This document shows, one piece after another, positions 17,845-28,410 of a stretch of 64,000 nucleotides of DNA. The stretch is from Candidatus Freyarchaeum deiterrae. GTDB lineage: Archaea; Asgardarchaeota; Jordiarchaeia; Jordiarchaeales; Jordiarchaeaceae. Within the stretch, counting starts at the first letter, position 1. Each line of letters begins with the position of its first letter. The position numbers were made by a program, and so were the translations under genes. The DNA lies in the NCBI GenBank assembly GCA_037305845.1, contig CP147778.1, positions 3,104,001 to 3,168,000 on the forward strand, in the 5' to 3' direction. The notes under the pieces were generated by a model, which saw only the letters and a list, made by a program, of their open reading frames with translations, had not been told where the DNA came from and ran no database searches.

Positions 17845-19920
17845 TCATATAACTTGTGGTTTGAATTCTCCAAATACTTCCCTTAACACTTCGCATATTT
17901 CTCCAAGTGTGGAATAGGCTTTAACTGTCTCTATTAGAGTTGGCATAAGATTATGTTTTTCATCTTCGGCTTCTTTTCGCAGTTTTTCAAGAAGGCTTTT
18001 AACAAGCTTGTTATCTCGTTTAGCTTTGATTTTTTGTAGGTTTGAAATCGCCTCTTTCTCAATCTGGGGGTCAATTTTTTGTAGGGTGAGCTTTGGTTCT
18101 TCTTCGGTTTGAAACTTGTTCAGACCTACGATGATTTTCTCGTTTCTTTCCACTTCCTTCTGGAACTTGTAGGCCATTGCAGCTATTTCCTTCTGGACGT
18201 ATCCCTTCTCTATGGCTTTCACCATTCCTCCCATCTCATCGATATCTTTGATGTACTGGGTAGCTGCGTCTTCCAGTTTGTCTGTTAGGGTTTCTGCGAA
18301 GTACGATCCGCCAAGAGGGTCTATGGTGTTGGTAACCCCGTTCTCGTAGGCTAGTACCTGTTGGGTTCTTAGCGCTATTGTTACCGATTCTTCGGTTGGG
18401 AGGGCTAGGGCTTCGTCTCTGCTGTTGGTGTGCAATGATTGGGTTCCTCCCAGTACCGCCGCCAATGCTTGGATCGCTACCCTTATGATGTTGTTCTCGG
18501 GTTGCTGGGCGGTTAGGGTTGATCCGGCGGTTTGAGTGTGGAATCTCAGTTGCATGGAGTTTTCGTCCTTGGCCTTGAATCGATTCCTCATTATCTTGGC
18601 CCAGAGTCTCCTCGCAGCTCTGAATTTTGCGACCTCTTCAAAGAAGTCGTTGTGAGAACTGAAAAAGAAGGACAGTCTTCCCGCGAACTGGTCTACATCT
18701 AATCCTCTCTTCAGAACCGCGTTCACGTAAGATATGCCGTTAGCTAGAGTGAATGCTACCTCCTGTATGGCGTTTGAACCAGCTTCTCTTATGTGGTATC
18801 CTGAGATGGATATGGGATTCCATCGGGGCATATTTTTTGAGCAATACTCTATCACATCAGAAACTAGCCGCATGGAGGGCTCTGGGGGGAAAATGTATGT
18901 TCCTCGGGCGACGTACTCTTTCAGAATATCGTTCTGCACGGTGCCTGAGAGTTTTGAGACATCCACTCCCTGCTTCTGGGCAACCGCAATATACATGGCT
19001 AGTATGATTGCAGTGGGAGAGTTAATAGTCATAGATGTGCTGACCTTATCTAACGGTATTCCCTCAAACAGAGTTTCCATATCCTTCAGAGTGTCTATGA
19101 TTACACCCACTCTACCAACTTCTCCCCGGGCCAAAGAGTGGTCGGAATCATAGCCCATCTGTGTGGGGAGGTCGAAAGCTACGCTGAGACCAGTCTGTCC
19201 CTGCTCAATGAGATATTTGAATCTACGGTTGGTTTCCTTCGCGGAGGCGAATCCAGCATACTGCCGCATGGTCCATAAGCGTCCCCTATACATGGTGGGG
19301 TAAACGCCTCTGGTGAAAGGATATTCTCCGGGTAATCCCAGCACTTCAGAATAGCTTTTTCTAACTTGGTCAAGTGGAGTGTAGATTCTCTTCTCTTCTA
19401 TTTCCGACGCTGAGGAGTACTTTTTTTCACGTTCCGGATTCTTTTCTAAAAACTTTTTGAGCTTTCCTTCCTCCCATTTCTTAAGCTCTTGCTCCAAGCT
19501 TTCCTTATTATCTTCATTTTCTTTTTCGTCCAATTTACTAGCACTCTCGCTATCCAATTTAAAAATGATGCCAAAAGACGGCTTTCCCTCGGAGTCCACC
19601 GATACCTGACCGTAAGTCGGTTTAACTCTCATTCCTATCTCTACTTTTTCCTTTTCGGATATCTGCCCAAAGGCTCTAATCCCGTTATCAAATTCTACTA
19701 TTCCAAAAACATATGGAGGTTCACCTTTTAGGGTTTCAGGGAGAGCGTAAAGCTTTGTAAAGGTTATGACCGTGCCTCTGTCTAAGGGTTCAGGGTAAAT
19801 ATTCTCAAATTCTGAGGACCTACATTTAATACATCTCACCCTTCCTGGGAACTGAATTTTTCCGCATCTTTTACATTTGATCCGCAGTAATTCTGCCATT
19901 ATTTTCTCCTTTTCCTCCAT
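17845..19920 (-). CDS. Methylmalonyl-CoA mutase large subunit with an N-terminal DUF35 (Zn-ribbon/OB-fold) fusion
   Basis: About aa 1-125: [32 protein letters not shown]. Then [51 protein letters not shown]. Confidence 0.92.
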   Translation of the reverse strand: MEEKEKIMAELLRIKCKRCGKIQFPGRVRCIKCRSSEFENIYPEPLDRGTVITFTKLYALPETLKGEPPYVFGIVEFDNGIRAFGQISEKEKVEIGMRVKPTYGQVSVDSEGKPSFGIIFKLDSESASKLDEKENEDNKESLEQELKKWEEGKLKKFLEKNPEREKKYSSASEIEEKRIYTPLDQVRKSYSEVLGLPGEYPFTRGVYPTMYRGRLWTMRQYAGFASAKETNRRFKYLIEQGQTGLSVAFDLPTQMGYDSDHSLARGEVGRVGVIIDTLKDMETLFEGIPLDKVSTSMTINSPTAIILAMYIAVAQKQGVDVSKLSGTVQNDILKEYVARGTYIFPPEPSMRLVSDVIEYCSKNMPRWNPISISGYHIREAGSNAIQEVAFTLANGISYVNAVLKRGLDVDQFAGRLSFFFSSHNDFFEEVAKFRAARRLWAKIMRNRFKAKDENSMQLRFHTQTAGSTLTAQQPENNIIRVAIQALAAVLGGTQSLHTNSRDEALALPTEESVTIALRTQQVLAYENGVTNTIDPLGGSYFAETLTDKLEDAATQYIKDIDEMGGMVKAIEKGYVQKEIAAMAYKFQKEVERNEKIIVGLNKFQTEEEPKLTLQKIDPQIEKEAISNLQKIKAKRDNKLVKSLLEKLRKEAEDEKHNLMPTLIETVKAYSTLGEICEVLREVFGEFKPQVI

Positions 19921-20138
19921 TCGAGAATCACCCTTCAATTTTATGCGTGCACTAATCCACTTTTGGTGGACAATTCAAATATATAAATCATTTCAATGGT
20001 TTTAAATCAAGCCCAATTTTTAATTTTAATCTTTTTGGTGAGAAATATCTAGAAATGCACAAAGACTTGAAATAGTGTACTTTTTTCCTATTAGAACCCT
20101 TTAAAGATACTTCAAATAATAGTCTATTGGTCATAGGA

Positions 20139-20331
20139 ATGCAGTTCGTCGTAGTAGTTATAGAGCCTGACGTAGAGAGAGAGAAAGGGTTACGTGGCTT
20201 TCTATCTCACGCTTCCCAGATGCTTCTCTCAGGTAGATACAAGAGAGGAAGCTTTGGCGAACATCAAGGGAGCCAGAGAAGCTTATATCGAGAGCCTTAA
20301 GAAGGACGGATTGCCAACATTAAAAAAATAA
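20139..20331 (+). pseudogene. HicB-family antitoxin, frameshifted
   Basis: MQFVVVVIEPD...; after a +1 shift near the (AG)n run: YVA...LPRCFSQVDTREEALANIKGAREAYIESLKKDGLP. Confidence 0.75.
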
Positions 20332-20344
20332 AATCTAGGGAAAA

Positions 20345-21214
20345 GTGGCTCTGTTGAAAGTTTTAATAATTTATTTCTCTCAAACTGGCGGAACTGAAAA
20401 AATAGCTGAAATGGTCCAAAGAGGCATTCTGAAAAGTGGTAATAACTGCGAAATTGCCCGAATTAAAAATGTAAATATGAAAAGGTTAAAGGCTTTTGAT
20501 TTAATTGGCATCGGCACCCCAACCTTCTTTTACAGGGAACCAGTTAATGTTAAGAATTTTATCCAAAAAATCGATATTATGAACGGGAAACACTGCTTTA
20601 TTTTATCGACACATGGCAGTATAATAGGAAATACCCTATACTACATGAAAGAGGAATTAAGCGAAAGAGGCTTTTTGGTAATAGGTTCGTTTGATTCGTA
20701 TTCCAGCACTTCCCTTCAATTTTATCCAAAAATTATGCATACTGCTAATCATCCTGATGAAATTGAACTTGAAGAGGCAGAAAAATTCGGGGAAAAAATA
20801 TGCGATATTAGTTCAAGAATTAAGAAAGGGGAATCGGAATTGATCCCAGAGTTTGAATTAATTGACACCACTTGGTGGGCGAATGATTCAAAAAAGGCGA
20901 CACCAGAATCATTAAGAAATTTTTCTCCCAAATTAAAAATAAACCTCGATAAATGCACAAAGTGTTTAGCATGCCAAGAAAACTGCCCCGTAAACGCAAT
21001 TAATGTAGAAGCCAACCCTCCCGAAATTCAAAATGAGGGATGCATTTTTTGCTGGTTCTGTGAAAAGTTGTGCCCCGTTGGAGCAATTGAAGCGGACTGG
21101 TCTTTAATGAAAAAGATAGTGAAACCTAACTTGAAAAAATATATTGAGATTTTAAAACAAGCAGAAAGAGAAGGAAAATTCAGACCTTACGTTGATTACG
21201 AAAAAATATATTAA
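20345..21214 (+). CDS. Flavodoxin + 2x[4Fe-4S] ferredoxin protein (EFR1-like)
   Basis: YFSQTGGT flavodoxin loop; CTKCLACQENCP and CIFCWFCEKLCP. Confidence 0.88.
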   Translation: MALLKVLIIYFSQTGGTEKIAEMVQRGILKSGNNCEIARIKNVNMKRLKAFDLIGIGTPTFFYREPVNVKNFIQKIDIMNGKHCFILSTHGSIIGNTLYYMKEELSERGFLVIGSFDSYSSTSLQFYPKIMHTANHPDEIELEEAEKFGEKICDISSRIKKGESELIPEFELIDTTWWANDSKKATPESLRNFSPKLKINLDKCTKCLACQENCPVNAINVEANPPEIQNEGCIFCWFCEKLCPVGAIEADWSLMKKIVKPNLKKYIEILKQAEREGKFRPYVDYEKIY

Positions 21215-21320
21215 AATAAATCATTCTCCAGAGTCTACGTTATCCAGTGAGTGGAGTAAACGCTTCTCAATAAAAAAAGAAGAAAAAGGATTGGAGCGAT
21301 TTTACTTGGTACTCGCATCA

Positions 21321-21515
21321 TTATGTTTGTCCTTTTATTTGCTTTAGTTTCTCTTCTACGCCCGTAAGCTCTTTTTGTAACTGCTTCTTGTAGCTTTCTA
21401 GTATCTCTGCCTCTTCCTCAGAAGTCATGAATCGTCTCATTCCTAAACAACCACAACCACCATATTCAGACTTTACTAATTTGCGAGATTGTGCTCCTGT
21501 AAAACATTCACACAT
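21321..21515 (-). CDS. Small Cys-containing coiled-coil protein (DUF5320-like)
   Basis: RRF.T.EEE...LE.Y...L..EL..VEE.L pattern; GGAGG SD. Confidence 0.6.
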   Translation of the reverse strand: MCECFTGAQSRKLVKSEYGGCGCLGMRRFMTSEEEAEILESYKKQLQKELTGVEEKLKQIKGQT

Positions 21516-21622
21516 TTTTTTATCGCCTCCTATACTTTATTCTTAATAGTAGATATAGATAGTAAAGTATTTAAACTATCAAGTTTATAGTAATATAGAA
21601 AGTTAAAAAAAGGTTACATACT

Positions 21623-22027
21623 ATGCAAAGAGAAAGTAAGAATCAGTGTACCAATCATTGTACCGATAGAAACGACGGAAAAAATGAAATTTGTTTTTGC
21701 CCAATTGAAGGTATCATAAACACTATCAGCAAAAAATGGGCACTACAAATCATTGCCACAATAGGCAATAATAAAAAATTAAGATTCAACAAAATTATGG
21801 AAATCTTAGGAAATATAAGCCCAAAAGCATTAACAGATAAATTAAAAGAATTAGAAAAAGCAGGATTAATAAGAAAGGAAATTTTTGCAGAAATACCACC
21901 CAGAGTAGAATACTCATTAACTCAGGATGGATTCGAACTTAGAGACTCAATTATGCCATTAATGGAATGGGCTTCCAAAAAAGAAAACATGAAGTGCAAC
22001 CATAAATGTGAAATACTCCCAGATTAA
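21623..22027 (+). CDS. HxlR-family winged-helix transcriptional regulator
   Basis: CPI...ISKKW, RFN, ISPKALT..LKELE..GLI....EIPPRVEYSLT. Confidence 0.92.
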   Translation: MQRESKNQCTNHCTDRNDGKNEICFCPIEGIINTISKKWALQIIATIGNNKKLRFNKIMEILGNISPKALTDKLKELEKAGLIRKEIFAEIPPRVEYSLTQDGFELRDSIMPLMEWASKKENMKCNHKCEILPD

Positions 22028-22522
22028 GCATGAAGTGTTCCTGTGGGGGAGAAGATTAGTATTTTTTAGAAACCACAAAAAATTATCTCTTCTTGTTTTC
22101 ACATTTTGGTAGGACTGCGTTCCACTGCTTCTCAAGACTTTCATTTGCGCCGTAAACACAGTTTTCTTCCAACCACTGCACGACAATTAAAGATTGAGTC
22201 TCCCGACGAAGTAGAAAAAGTATATAAATTTTTTAATTGCGTTTAATTACAGCGAGTTTGTTTCTAAAAGGGAAAGCGAAAAATAGTGTCGAGCTTTGGT
22301 AAAAGCACTCTTGGCTCATTCAACTACAAATGAAACAAAATAAGATGAACTGAGAAATCATCAAGCCCATTGTGTTCAATATTTCAATTTGTTTGAAAAC
22401 TAACAATTTTTAGGCACCTCATCAACCCCTAGTCCCTGAATTCTAGCTTCGCTCCAAATTTGTGTTTATTCTTGTACAGCTCGCAAAAATTAACCTTTTC
22501 TGTAAATTAGGAAGGTGAAAAA

Positions 22523-22834
22523 ATGAAAATTGGAGCTAATCTAAATACTCTAATTGTTTTTTTGTCCGTCGTAGGTGTCTTAAACCTAATTGATTTGGTG
22601 GAAACTAATTTTGCTTTATCAAATGGATTTGTAGAGTTGAACCCAATAATGGCGTGGATGTACGGTAATAATTTGATGACAGTCTTTAAAATATTGATGG
22701 TAACTATCCAACTTCTAGTTACCTATAAATTATTCAAAATGGGAAGCGAAAAACTATCAATAGGGATTACTGTAGGTAGCATAGCCTATTATGCATTTAT
22801 TGTTGTGTCAAATTTTGTCCATTTAATAGGCTAA
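22523..22834 (+). CDS. Small membrane protein (DUF5658-like)
   Basis: LNLID...T..AL..G..ELNPIM, K in a hydrophobic helix. Confidence 0.65.
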   Translation: MKIGANLNTLIVFLSVVGVLNLIDLVETNFALSNGFVELNPIMAWMYGNNLMTVFKILMVTIQLLVTYKLFKMGSEKLSIGITVGSIAYYAFIVVSNFVHLIG

Positions 22835-22987
22835 AAATCTACAATTACATACTCCCCACTAAAGGGTAGGAGATTCTACACTTCTACGATAGTTGTCTGA
22901 CTTGAAAACAAATCTTAATTAAGATTAAAAATATAATCGTTTAAAAAAATTATAATAAATGTAAAAAAGAGAGGGGAAGGGTTGTAC

Positions 22988-23941
22988 TTATTTCAGGACG
23001 TTCATTATTATTCCTGCTAATTCTTCACCTTTTGGAGCTTTTTTTACTAGCTCTTTTAGTTTAGGCCCTATTTCTTCAGGCTTCCAGTATCCTGGTGGAC
23101 TGCGTTTAACCGCCTCGCTGGACTTCCAGCTTTGCATTACCCACAGGTTTCCGCCAACCACCCTGATCACCTGGCCGGTTATGTCTTTGGCGTCATCCGA
23201 AGCCAGATAAACGACTAGGGGTGCCATAGCTTCCGGTCCTAGGGGGTCGTATCCGTATCTTTTTTCAAAGTCCTCCTTGGTTCCCATCAGGGGTGCCATG
23301 GATGGAGTGGCCTCGGTTGTTAAACGGGTTCTAGCTACTGGTACTATCACGTTCGCTGTTACTCCGTATTTTACCATTTCTTTGGCTGCGATGAGTGTGA
23401 AGGACGTTATCCCTGCTTTTGCGGCTCCGTAGTTGCTCTGACCGGGATTGTAGAGTAACCCTGCATCAGAGGTGGTGCTTATCAGTCTCCCTGCGACTGG
23501 TTTTCCCTCTTTTGATTCAGCTCTCCAATAGTTGCAGGCGTGTCTGGTGCAGTTGAAAGTTCCCTTTAAGTGAACCGCTATAACAGAGTCGAACTCCTCC
23601 TCTTCCATGTTGAAAATCATCTTGTCCCTGAGAATTCCCGCATTGTTAACCAGAATATCCAGCCTACCGAATGTGCTTATAGCTTGGTCTATTATATTCT
23701 TTGCACCCTGAAAGCTGGTAACGCTCTCATAGTTTGATGCAGCCTGACCTTTCATCTTCTTGATCTCTTTAACCACATCGTCCGCTGGTCCCTGGAACTC
23801 ACCCTTTCCATCGTGACTTCCACCCATATCGTTAACAATCACTTTTGCCCCGTGCTTTGCGAGTAGTAAGGCTTCTTCTCTGCCTAACCCTCTTCCAGCA
23901 CCGGTTACTATAGCTACCTTTCCTTTAAGTGATATCGACAT
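22988..23941 (-). CDS. Short-chain dehydrogenase/reductase (3-hydroxyacyl-CoA/HSD17B4-like)
   Basis: TGAGRGLG, VNDMGG, NNAGILRD, NYGAAKAG (YxxxK). Confidence 0.92.
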   Translation of the reverse strand: MSISLKGKVAIVTGAGRGLGREEALLLAKHGAKVIVNDMGGSHDGKGEFQGPADDVVKEIKKMKGQAASNYESVTSFQGAKNIIDQAISTFGRLDILVNNAGILRDKMIFNMEEEEFDSVIAVHLKGTFNCTRHACNYWRAESKEGKPVAGRLISTTSDAGLLYNPGQSNYGAAKAGITSFTLIAAKEMVKYGVTANVIVPVARTRLTTEATPSMAPLMGTKEDFEKRYGYDPLGPEAMAPLVVYLASDDAKDITGQVIRVVGGNLWVMQSWKSSEAVKRSPPGYWKPEEIGPKLKELVKKAPKGEELAGIIMNVLK

Positions 23942-24068
23942 TTTATATCACCCCAAAAAACTGACTACTAATGAATCGATTAAGATTTAGTAAACAAATT
24001 CATAAGCATTTCGTTTCCCATCAAGCACCATTAATCTGGCATATAATATTTTTCGAAGATAATGATTG

Positions 24069-24210
24069 TCTCTAAAAAATGCGTACCACAATGTTGTCGC
24101 CAAACCCGGCTGAAACTAACCTGCAACACTGTTTCAGAACCGACACTTGGAGTTTATATGCTCTCCACTCAACGGTCATTGTGGTCTCTACCGCCTTAAG
24201 CCACACCGGT
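24069..24210 (-). pseudogene. Degraded relic of the thiolase 3' end
   Basis: Aligns by eye with 25381-25521, e.g. accacaatgttgtcgccaaa vs accacaatattgttgccaaa and a shared agccacaccggt; translates ...GFGDNIVVRIF vs GFGNNIVVHIF. Confidence 0.85.
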
Positions 24211-24384
24211 CTGAGCACACCTAAAGGCGGTTTGAGTGAAAGCCTTTCCGAAATGGAAAAGAAATAGTTATGTAGCCTCAATACATAATGATAATATTTT
24301 TATGCTAAAAATTACATATATACTTCTAACAACGCTATAAGACCGCTTAGAGCTATAACACAGTTGTAGCTAGAATAATGGCAA

Positions 24385-25104
24385 GTGAGGAACAGCAAAG
24401 TGTCAGAAATTAGAATTTCCGATTTTAAAATGTTAGGGAAAGCTTCACACGAAATACCCCCTCCTGGACCCCTAACAGCGATAATCATAAGCGGGCTAAC
24501 AGAAATAGAAAAAACGTTCGGCCCAGTATTCACAGCCAAATTCATAAAGTACGCTCTACAATTTGAAGCTCAAAAAATCGGAGAAAAAACAGACAAGGAT
24601 ATTAAAACCTTGAACCAGTTAGAAGAGTATTTAATTTCAAAATCTTATAAATACCCCTCTCCGTACTGCTCAATTCTTTACGCCCAGTACAAGACTGAAA
24701 ACGAGTTCCAGGGGCAAACTGGAGCATGGACTCGGGTTGGGCACCTAGGTGCCATTAGAGGCATGTCGGAAACTGTGAATTCTATAAATAGGAACGTTGA
24801 CGTGGACAGTATATTATCAAAGCTTAGCCAGGTCCTGAATGAATTGAAGCTAAGTCCCCGTGAGTGGGGATATAAACAAAAAGGAGACGGAAGTGTAGAC
24901 TTACTACTGCGAAAGTGCTACTTTTTGGACGCATGCAGACAAGCTTATGATGAGAAGGTGTTAAAGAGGCCTGACCGGAGATTGGCATGTAGTATCGCCT
25001 TTTCTGTGGCCGAAGATTTTAAAATAGCTACTGGCTATGAATGGGACTATACCCTATTAAAATTCAATAAGCCACATTGTATAGCGCATTGTTATGTGCT
25101 CTAA
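24385..25104 (+). CDS. Hypothetical protein, V4R/ligand-binding-like, paralog 1
   Basis: C-terminal CYF.D.C...C...C pattern; clear paralog of 27431-28150; probable start GTG 24400. Confidence 0.6.
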   Translation: MRNSKVSEIRISDFKMLGKASHEIPPPGPLTAIIISGLTEIEKTFGPVFTAKFIKYALQFEAQKIGEKTDKDIKTLNQLEEYLISKSYKYPSPYCSILYAQYKTENEFQGQTGAWTRVGHLGAIRGMSETVNSINRNVDVDSILSKLSQVLNELKLSPREWGYKQKGDGSVDLLLRKCYFLDACRQAYDEKVLKRPDRRLACSIAFSVAEDFKIATGYEWDYTLLKFNKPHCIAHCYVL

Positions 25105-25377
25105 TCACCGGACATATTCCTATAGAAGCTTCCCCATGAAAAACCAAAATATTTTTTATTTTTTCGACTCATTTTCCAAAAATTCTTAACAAATCTAAAA
25201 AAACCAGAATACCCCTGAAAGGAACTAGGAGTCTAGTTAAGACCTTTTATGACCCGCTCTCTGATACTTTTTTTTGAATGCTTCAGATTCTTGTTTTTTC
25301 AAGTAAAGCCTTTTGTTCCAGATTTTTTAGACTTGTAAGAGTGACTGAGCAATTTCGACCCATTGGTGATTATTGGT

Positions 25378-26550
25378 TCATCTTTGGAAAATGTGCACCA
25401 CAATATTGTTGCCAAAGCCCCCGAAATTAACGGACAATGCTGTTTCTGCACCGGACACTTGGCGTTTATCTGCTTCTCCCCTCAACTGCCATGTGATTTC
25501 TACTGCCTGAGCCACACCGGTAGCCCCTACAGGGTGCCCCCTTGCCTTTAACCCCCCACTGGGGTTTATGGGGAGTTCACCCTCAAGGCCGGTTTTGCCT
25601 TCCTCCACTGCTTTTGCCCCTTCTCCTTTTTTGAAGAATCCCACATCCTCGGATTGAATTATTTCTAATATGGTGAAGGCGTCGTGCAGCTCCGCGAAAT
25701 TGATATCTTTCGGTTTGATTTTTGCCATGGTGTAGGCTTTTTCTGAGGCTTTTCTCAAAGCTTCTAAAACAGTGGGGTCATCGCGTTCGGCAACTATTTG
25801 AACATCTGTAGCCTGTCCAACTCCTTTAATCAGTACCGGTGTGTCACTGTACTGCTTCGCCTTCTCAGCCGGGCAGAGCACTAGGGAAGCCGCGCCGTCG
25901 CTTACCGGACAAACATCATATAGGCGGAGCGGATCTGCAACAATCGGTGAAGCTAATGCCTTCTCGAGTGTTATTTCCCTCTGAAAGTGAGCGAAGGGAT
26001 TGAGAGCTCCATTTTTGTGATTTTTAACCGCTACTAGGGAAAGTGACTCGCGTTTGACGTTGTATTTTTTCAGATACAACCGGGCTAGAAGCCCACCTAA
26101 AGAGGGTAGTGTGACACCATACTTATATTCGGCACTTTGGTGTGTTAGGGTTGCCACGGCGGAGCTAACACGGGGATTCGGCAAAGAGGTCATTTTCTCA
26201 ACCCCGGTAACCAGCACGAGATCGGAAACTCCGGACGCAACTGCTTGAAAACCCTCCTTGATCGCCGAGCCCCCACTAGCGGGGCCGTTCTCAATCTTAT
26301 CCGCGGCTGCCGGCATCAAATTAATTCGATCCGCAAGGACGCTCGCGATTCCCGTTATTTTATTAAACTCACCAGAAAACATGTTACCCACATAAACCGC
26401 GTCGAAATCACTTTCAGAGGCGTTAGCGTCAGAAATAGCCTTCAGAGAAGACTCCACCATCAGGTCAGTGAGAGACTTGTCTTCCAACTGCCCAAACCGT
26501 GTCATACCACAACCAATAATAGCAACACCTTGCATGTCCAAAACCCTCAT
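25378..26550 (-). CDS. Thiolase-fold protein (SCP-x/archaeal type) lacking catalytic cysteines
   Basis: GMTRFG, GVEKM, CPVSDGAA, ELHDAF, NPSGGLKARGHPVGATG; nucleophile motif reads ENGPASG instead of xxCASG. Confidence 0.9.
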   Translation of the reverse strand: MRVLDMQGVAIIGCGMTRFGQLEDKSLTDLMVESSLKAISDANASESDFDAVYVGNMFSGEFNKITGIASVLADRINLMPAAADKIENGPASGGSAIKEGFQAVASGVSDLVLVTGVEKMTSLPNPRVSSAVATLTHQSAEYKYGVTLPSLGGLLARLYLKKYNVKRESLSLVAVKNHKNGALNPFAHFQREITLEKALASPIVADPLRLYDVCPVSDGAASLVLCPAEKAKQYSDTPVLIKGVGQATDVQIVAERDDPTVLEALRKASEKAYTMAKIKPKDINFAELHDAFTILEIIQSEDVGFFKKGEGAKAVEEGKTGLEGELPINPSGGLKARGHPVGATGVAQAVEITWQLRGEADKRQVSGAETALSVNFGGFGNNIVVHIFQR

Positions 26551-26730
26551 AAATTAATAAACTCCGCCAACTCATACAAAACATTAATCATCGAGTATCT
26601 TATTTTTCTGTTATTCTGGTATAAAAGCCTTCTGAAAGTTTTTATGTCTTCAGATTCGCCTTTGAAGCAACTGTACAAGGTTTGCCCTAACCATAATTTT
26701 TTTATATGCAAGCGAATAAATTTTTGTCGC

Positions 26731-27129
26731 ATGTTTGGAGTTAACAAAAAAGGCTATCTAGCCTTTTTAGCAGTATCTTACAGCACCGCTTTTGTCTTTG
26801 AACTTTTAGCAAATACGATAGGTGACGGAAAACTCTTCGAAAACGCAGGATGGCCCTTCATCTTCCTAGGCTGGTACGGTCTAATCTATTCCGCAACATT
26901 CCTTGTCTTTCACAAAAGAGCTTGGTGGCAACCCGTTTTAGCATGGGCGATTCTAGGACCAGTTGTAGAGTACTTTGTCTTCCATAGGCTCAATATAATA
27001 ATAGATCCAATAATTTACGCCGTAATGTTCTTTGTTCCATTCTGGATATATCACAAATATATCACTAAACGATTCGAGAGCAAAGAGTCTTTTGAGCAAT
27101 CCAAACCGAAAAGATGGAATAGTGTTTAG
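26731..27129 (+). CDS. Hypothetical membrane protein
   Basis: About 4 hydrophobic helices from ATG 26731; the upstream part of the tracked ORF is antisense to the thiolase. Confidence 0.65.
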   Translation: MFGVNKKGYLAFLAVSYSTAFVFELLANTIGDGKLFENAGWPFIFLGWYGLIYSATFLVFHKRAWWQPVLAWAILGPVVEYFVFHRLNIIIDPIIYAVMFFVPFWIYHKYITKRFESKESFEQSKPKRWNSV

Positions 27130-27430
27130 CGCCGAATAGTCTCAGTGATAAAAATATACGAAACACTACCCCAAGCCTTTATTCTACTCACTGCCAATTC
27201 ATGTCTTTCTAACAATCCTTACTAAAAAATTCAAAAGTGAAATAGAGCTGGCTACACATTAAGCATTAATCAGACTGCAGGTTATAGCAGACGAAGCTGC
27301 AATTCGAGAATCATATCCTAAAAAACGAAGAGATAATTATGTAATATAGCTACAAAATAGATAAATTTTTATACTTAGCATATAATATTATTATATAGTG
27401 CTATAAAGAGTTTAGTCAGAATAATAGCAA

Positions 27431-28150
27431 GTGAGGTTTTGGAAAGTGTCAGAATTAAAATTGTCCGATTTTAAAATGTTTGAAAAGCCCCCGTACGAAA
27501 TACCTCCTCCCAGACCCCTCACAGAGATTATTATAAGCGGGGTAAGAGAAATAGAAAAAACGTACGGCCCCGTATTCACCACCAGATTCATAAAGCACGC
27601 TCTAGAGTTCGAAGCCAAAAAAATCGGGGAGAACCCACCCGAAGACATCAAAACTCTAAACGATTTGTTAGAGTATCTAGTTTCAAAATCCGATAAGTAT
27701 CCTACTCCTTACTGCACAACCATATATGCGCAGTATAAGGCTGAAAACGAGTTCCAAGGAAAAGCTGGAGCAGGGACTCGGATTGGGCATTTAGGTGCTG
27801 CCAGAAGCATGTCTGAAGCCCTAAGTGTTAAAGACAGGAAAATTGATGTGGACGGCTCTCTATCAAAGTTAAGCCAGATCCTGATTTCGATGAATTTCAG
27901 TCCCCGCGAATGGGGATATAAGAAAAATGCAGATGGAAGTGTAGACTTACTCTGGCCAAAGTGTCACTACTTTGACGGGTGTCGATCGGCTTTCGATGAG
28001 GACTTGCTTAAACGACCAGACGGCAGATTGCAATGTGTTGCCGCCTTTGCAGTGAGTCACTATCTTAAACTGGCTACGGGTTATGAATGGGACTATGAAG
28101 TCCTGAAAAATTATGGACCACATTGTATAGCGAGGTCTTACATGTTCTGA
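27431..28150 (+). CDS. Hypothetical protein, V4R/ligand-binding-like, paralog 2
   Basis: Paralog of 24385-25104 (EIPPP, AQYK.ENEFQG, SPREWGYK, ATGYEWDY); flanking DNA also conserved. Confidence 0.6.
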   Translation: MRFWKVSELKLSDFKMFEKPPYEIPPPRPLTEIIISGVREIEKTYGPVFTTRFIKHALEFEAKKIGENPPEDIKTLNDLLEYLVSKSDKYPTPYCTTIYAQYKAENEFQGKAGAGTRIGHLGAARSMSEALSVKDRKIDVDGSLSKLSQILISMNFSPREWGYKKNADGSVDLLWPKCHYFDGCRSAFDEDLLKRPDGRLQCVAAFAVSHYLKLATGYEWDYEVLKNYGPHCIARSYMF

Positions 28151-28410
28151 GCATCCATTCAAAGAAAGGCTTTCGAAGAAAGTTCAACACAAAAACCAAA
28201 ATATTTTTTTATTTTTTTGGATCATTTTCCCAAAGCTAATTTTCACCTAGGTTTACAGAGCTGCTACTATGTCGTTTAAATTTAAGATAGCTGGTCGTGC
28301 AGTTAAGGTTAAATAATTTTTAACTTAACTTTCTGAGACTTTTTTTGAGGTATTTTTTCTTTGTAAACAAAGTTGGGGTAAGCGTGGTTAAAAACCATTC
28401 TAGACTTTTT

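Noticed and set aside
26245-26730. N-terminal 162 aa of the tracked 294 aa ORF
   Set aside because: Antisense to the thiolase and runs through the intergenic promoter; the real gene likely starts at 26731.
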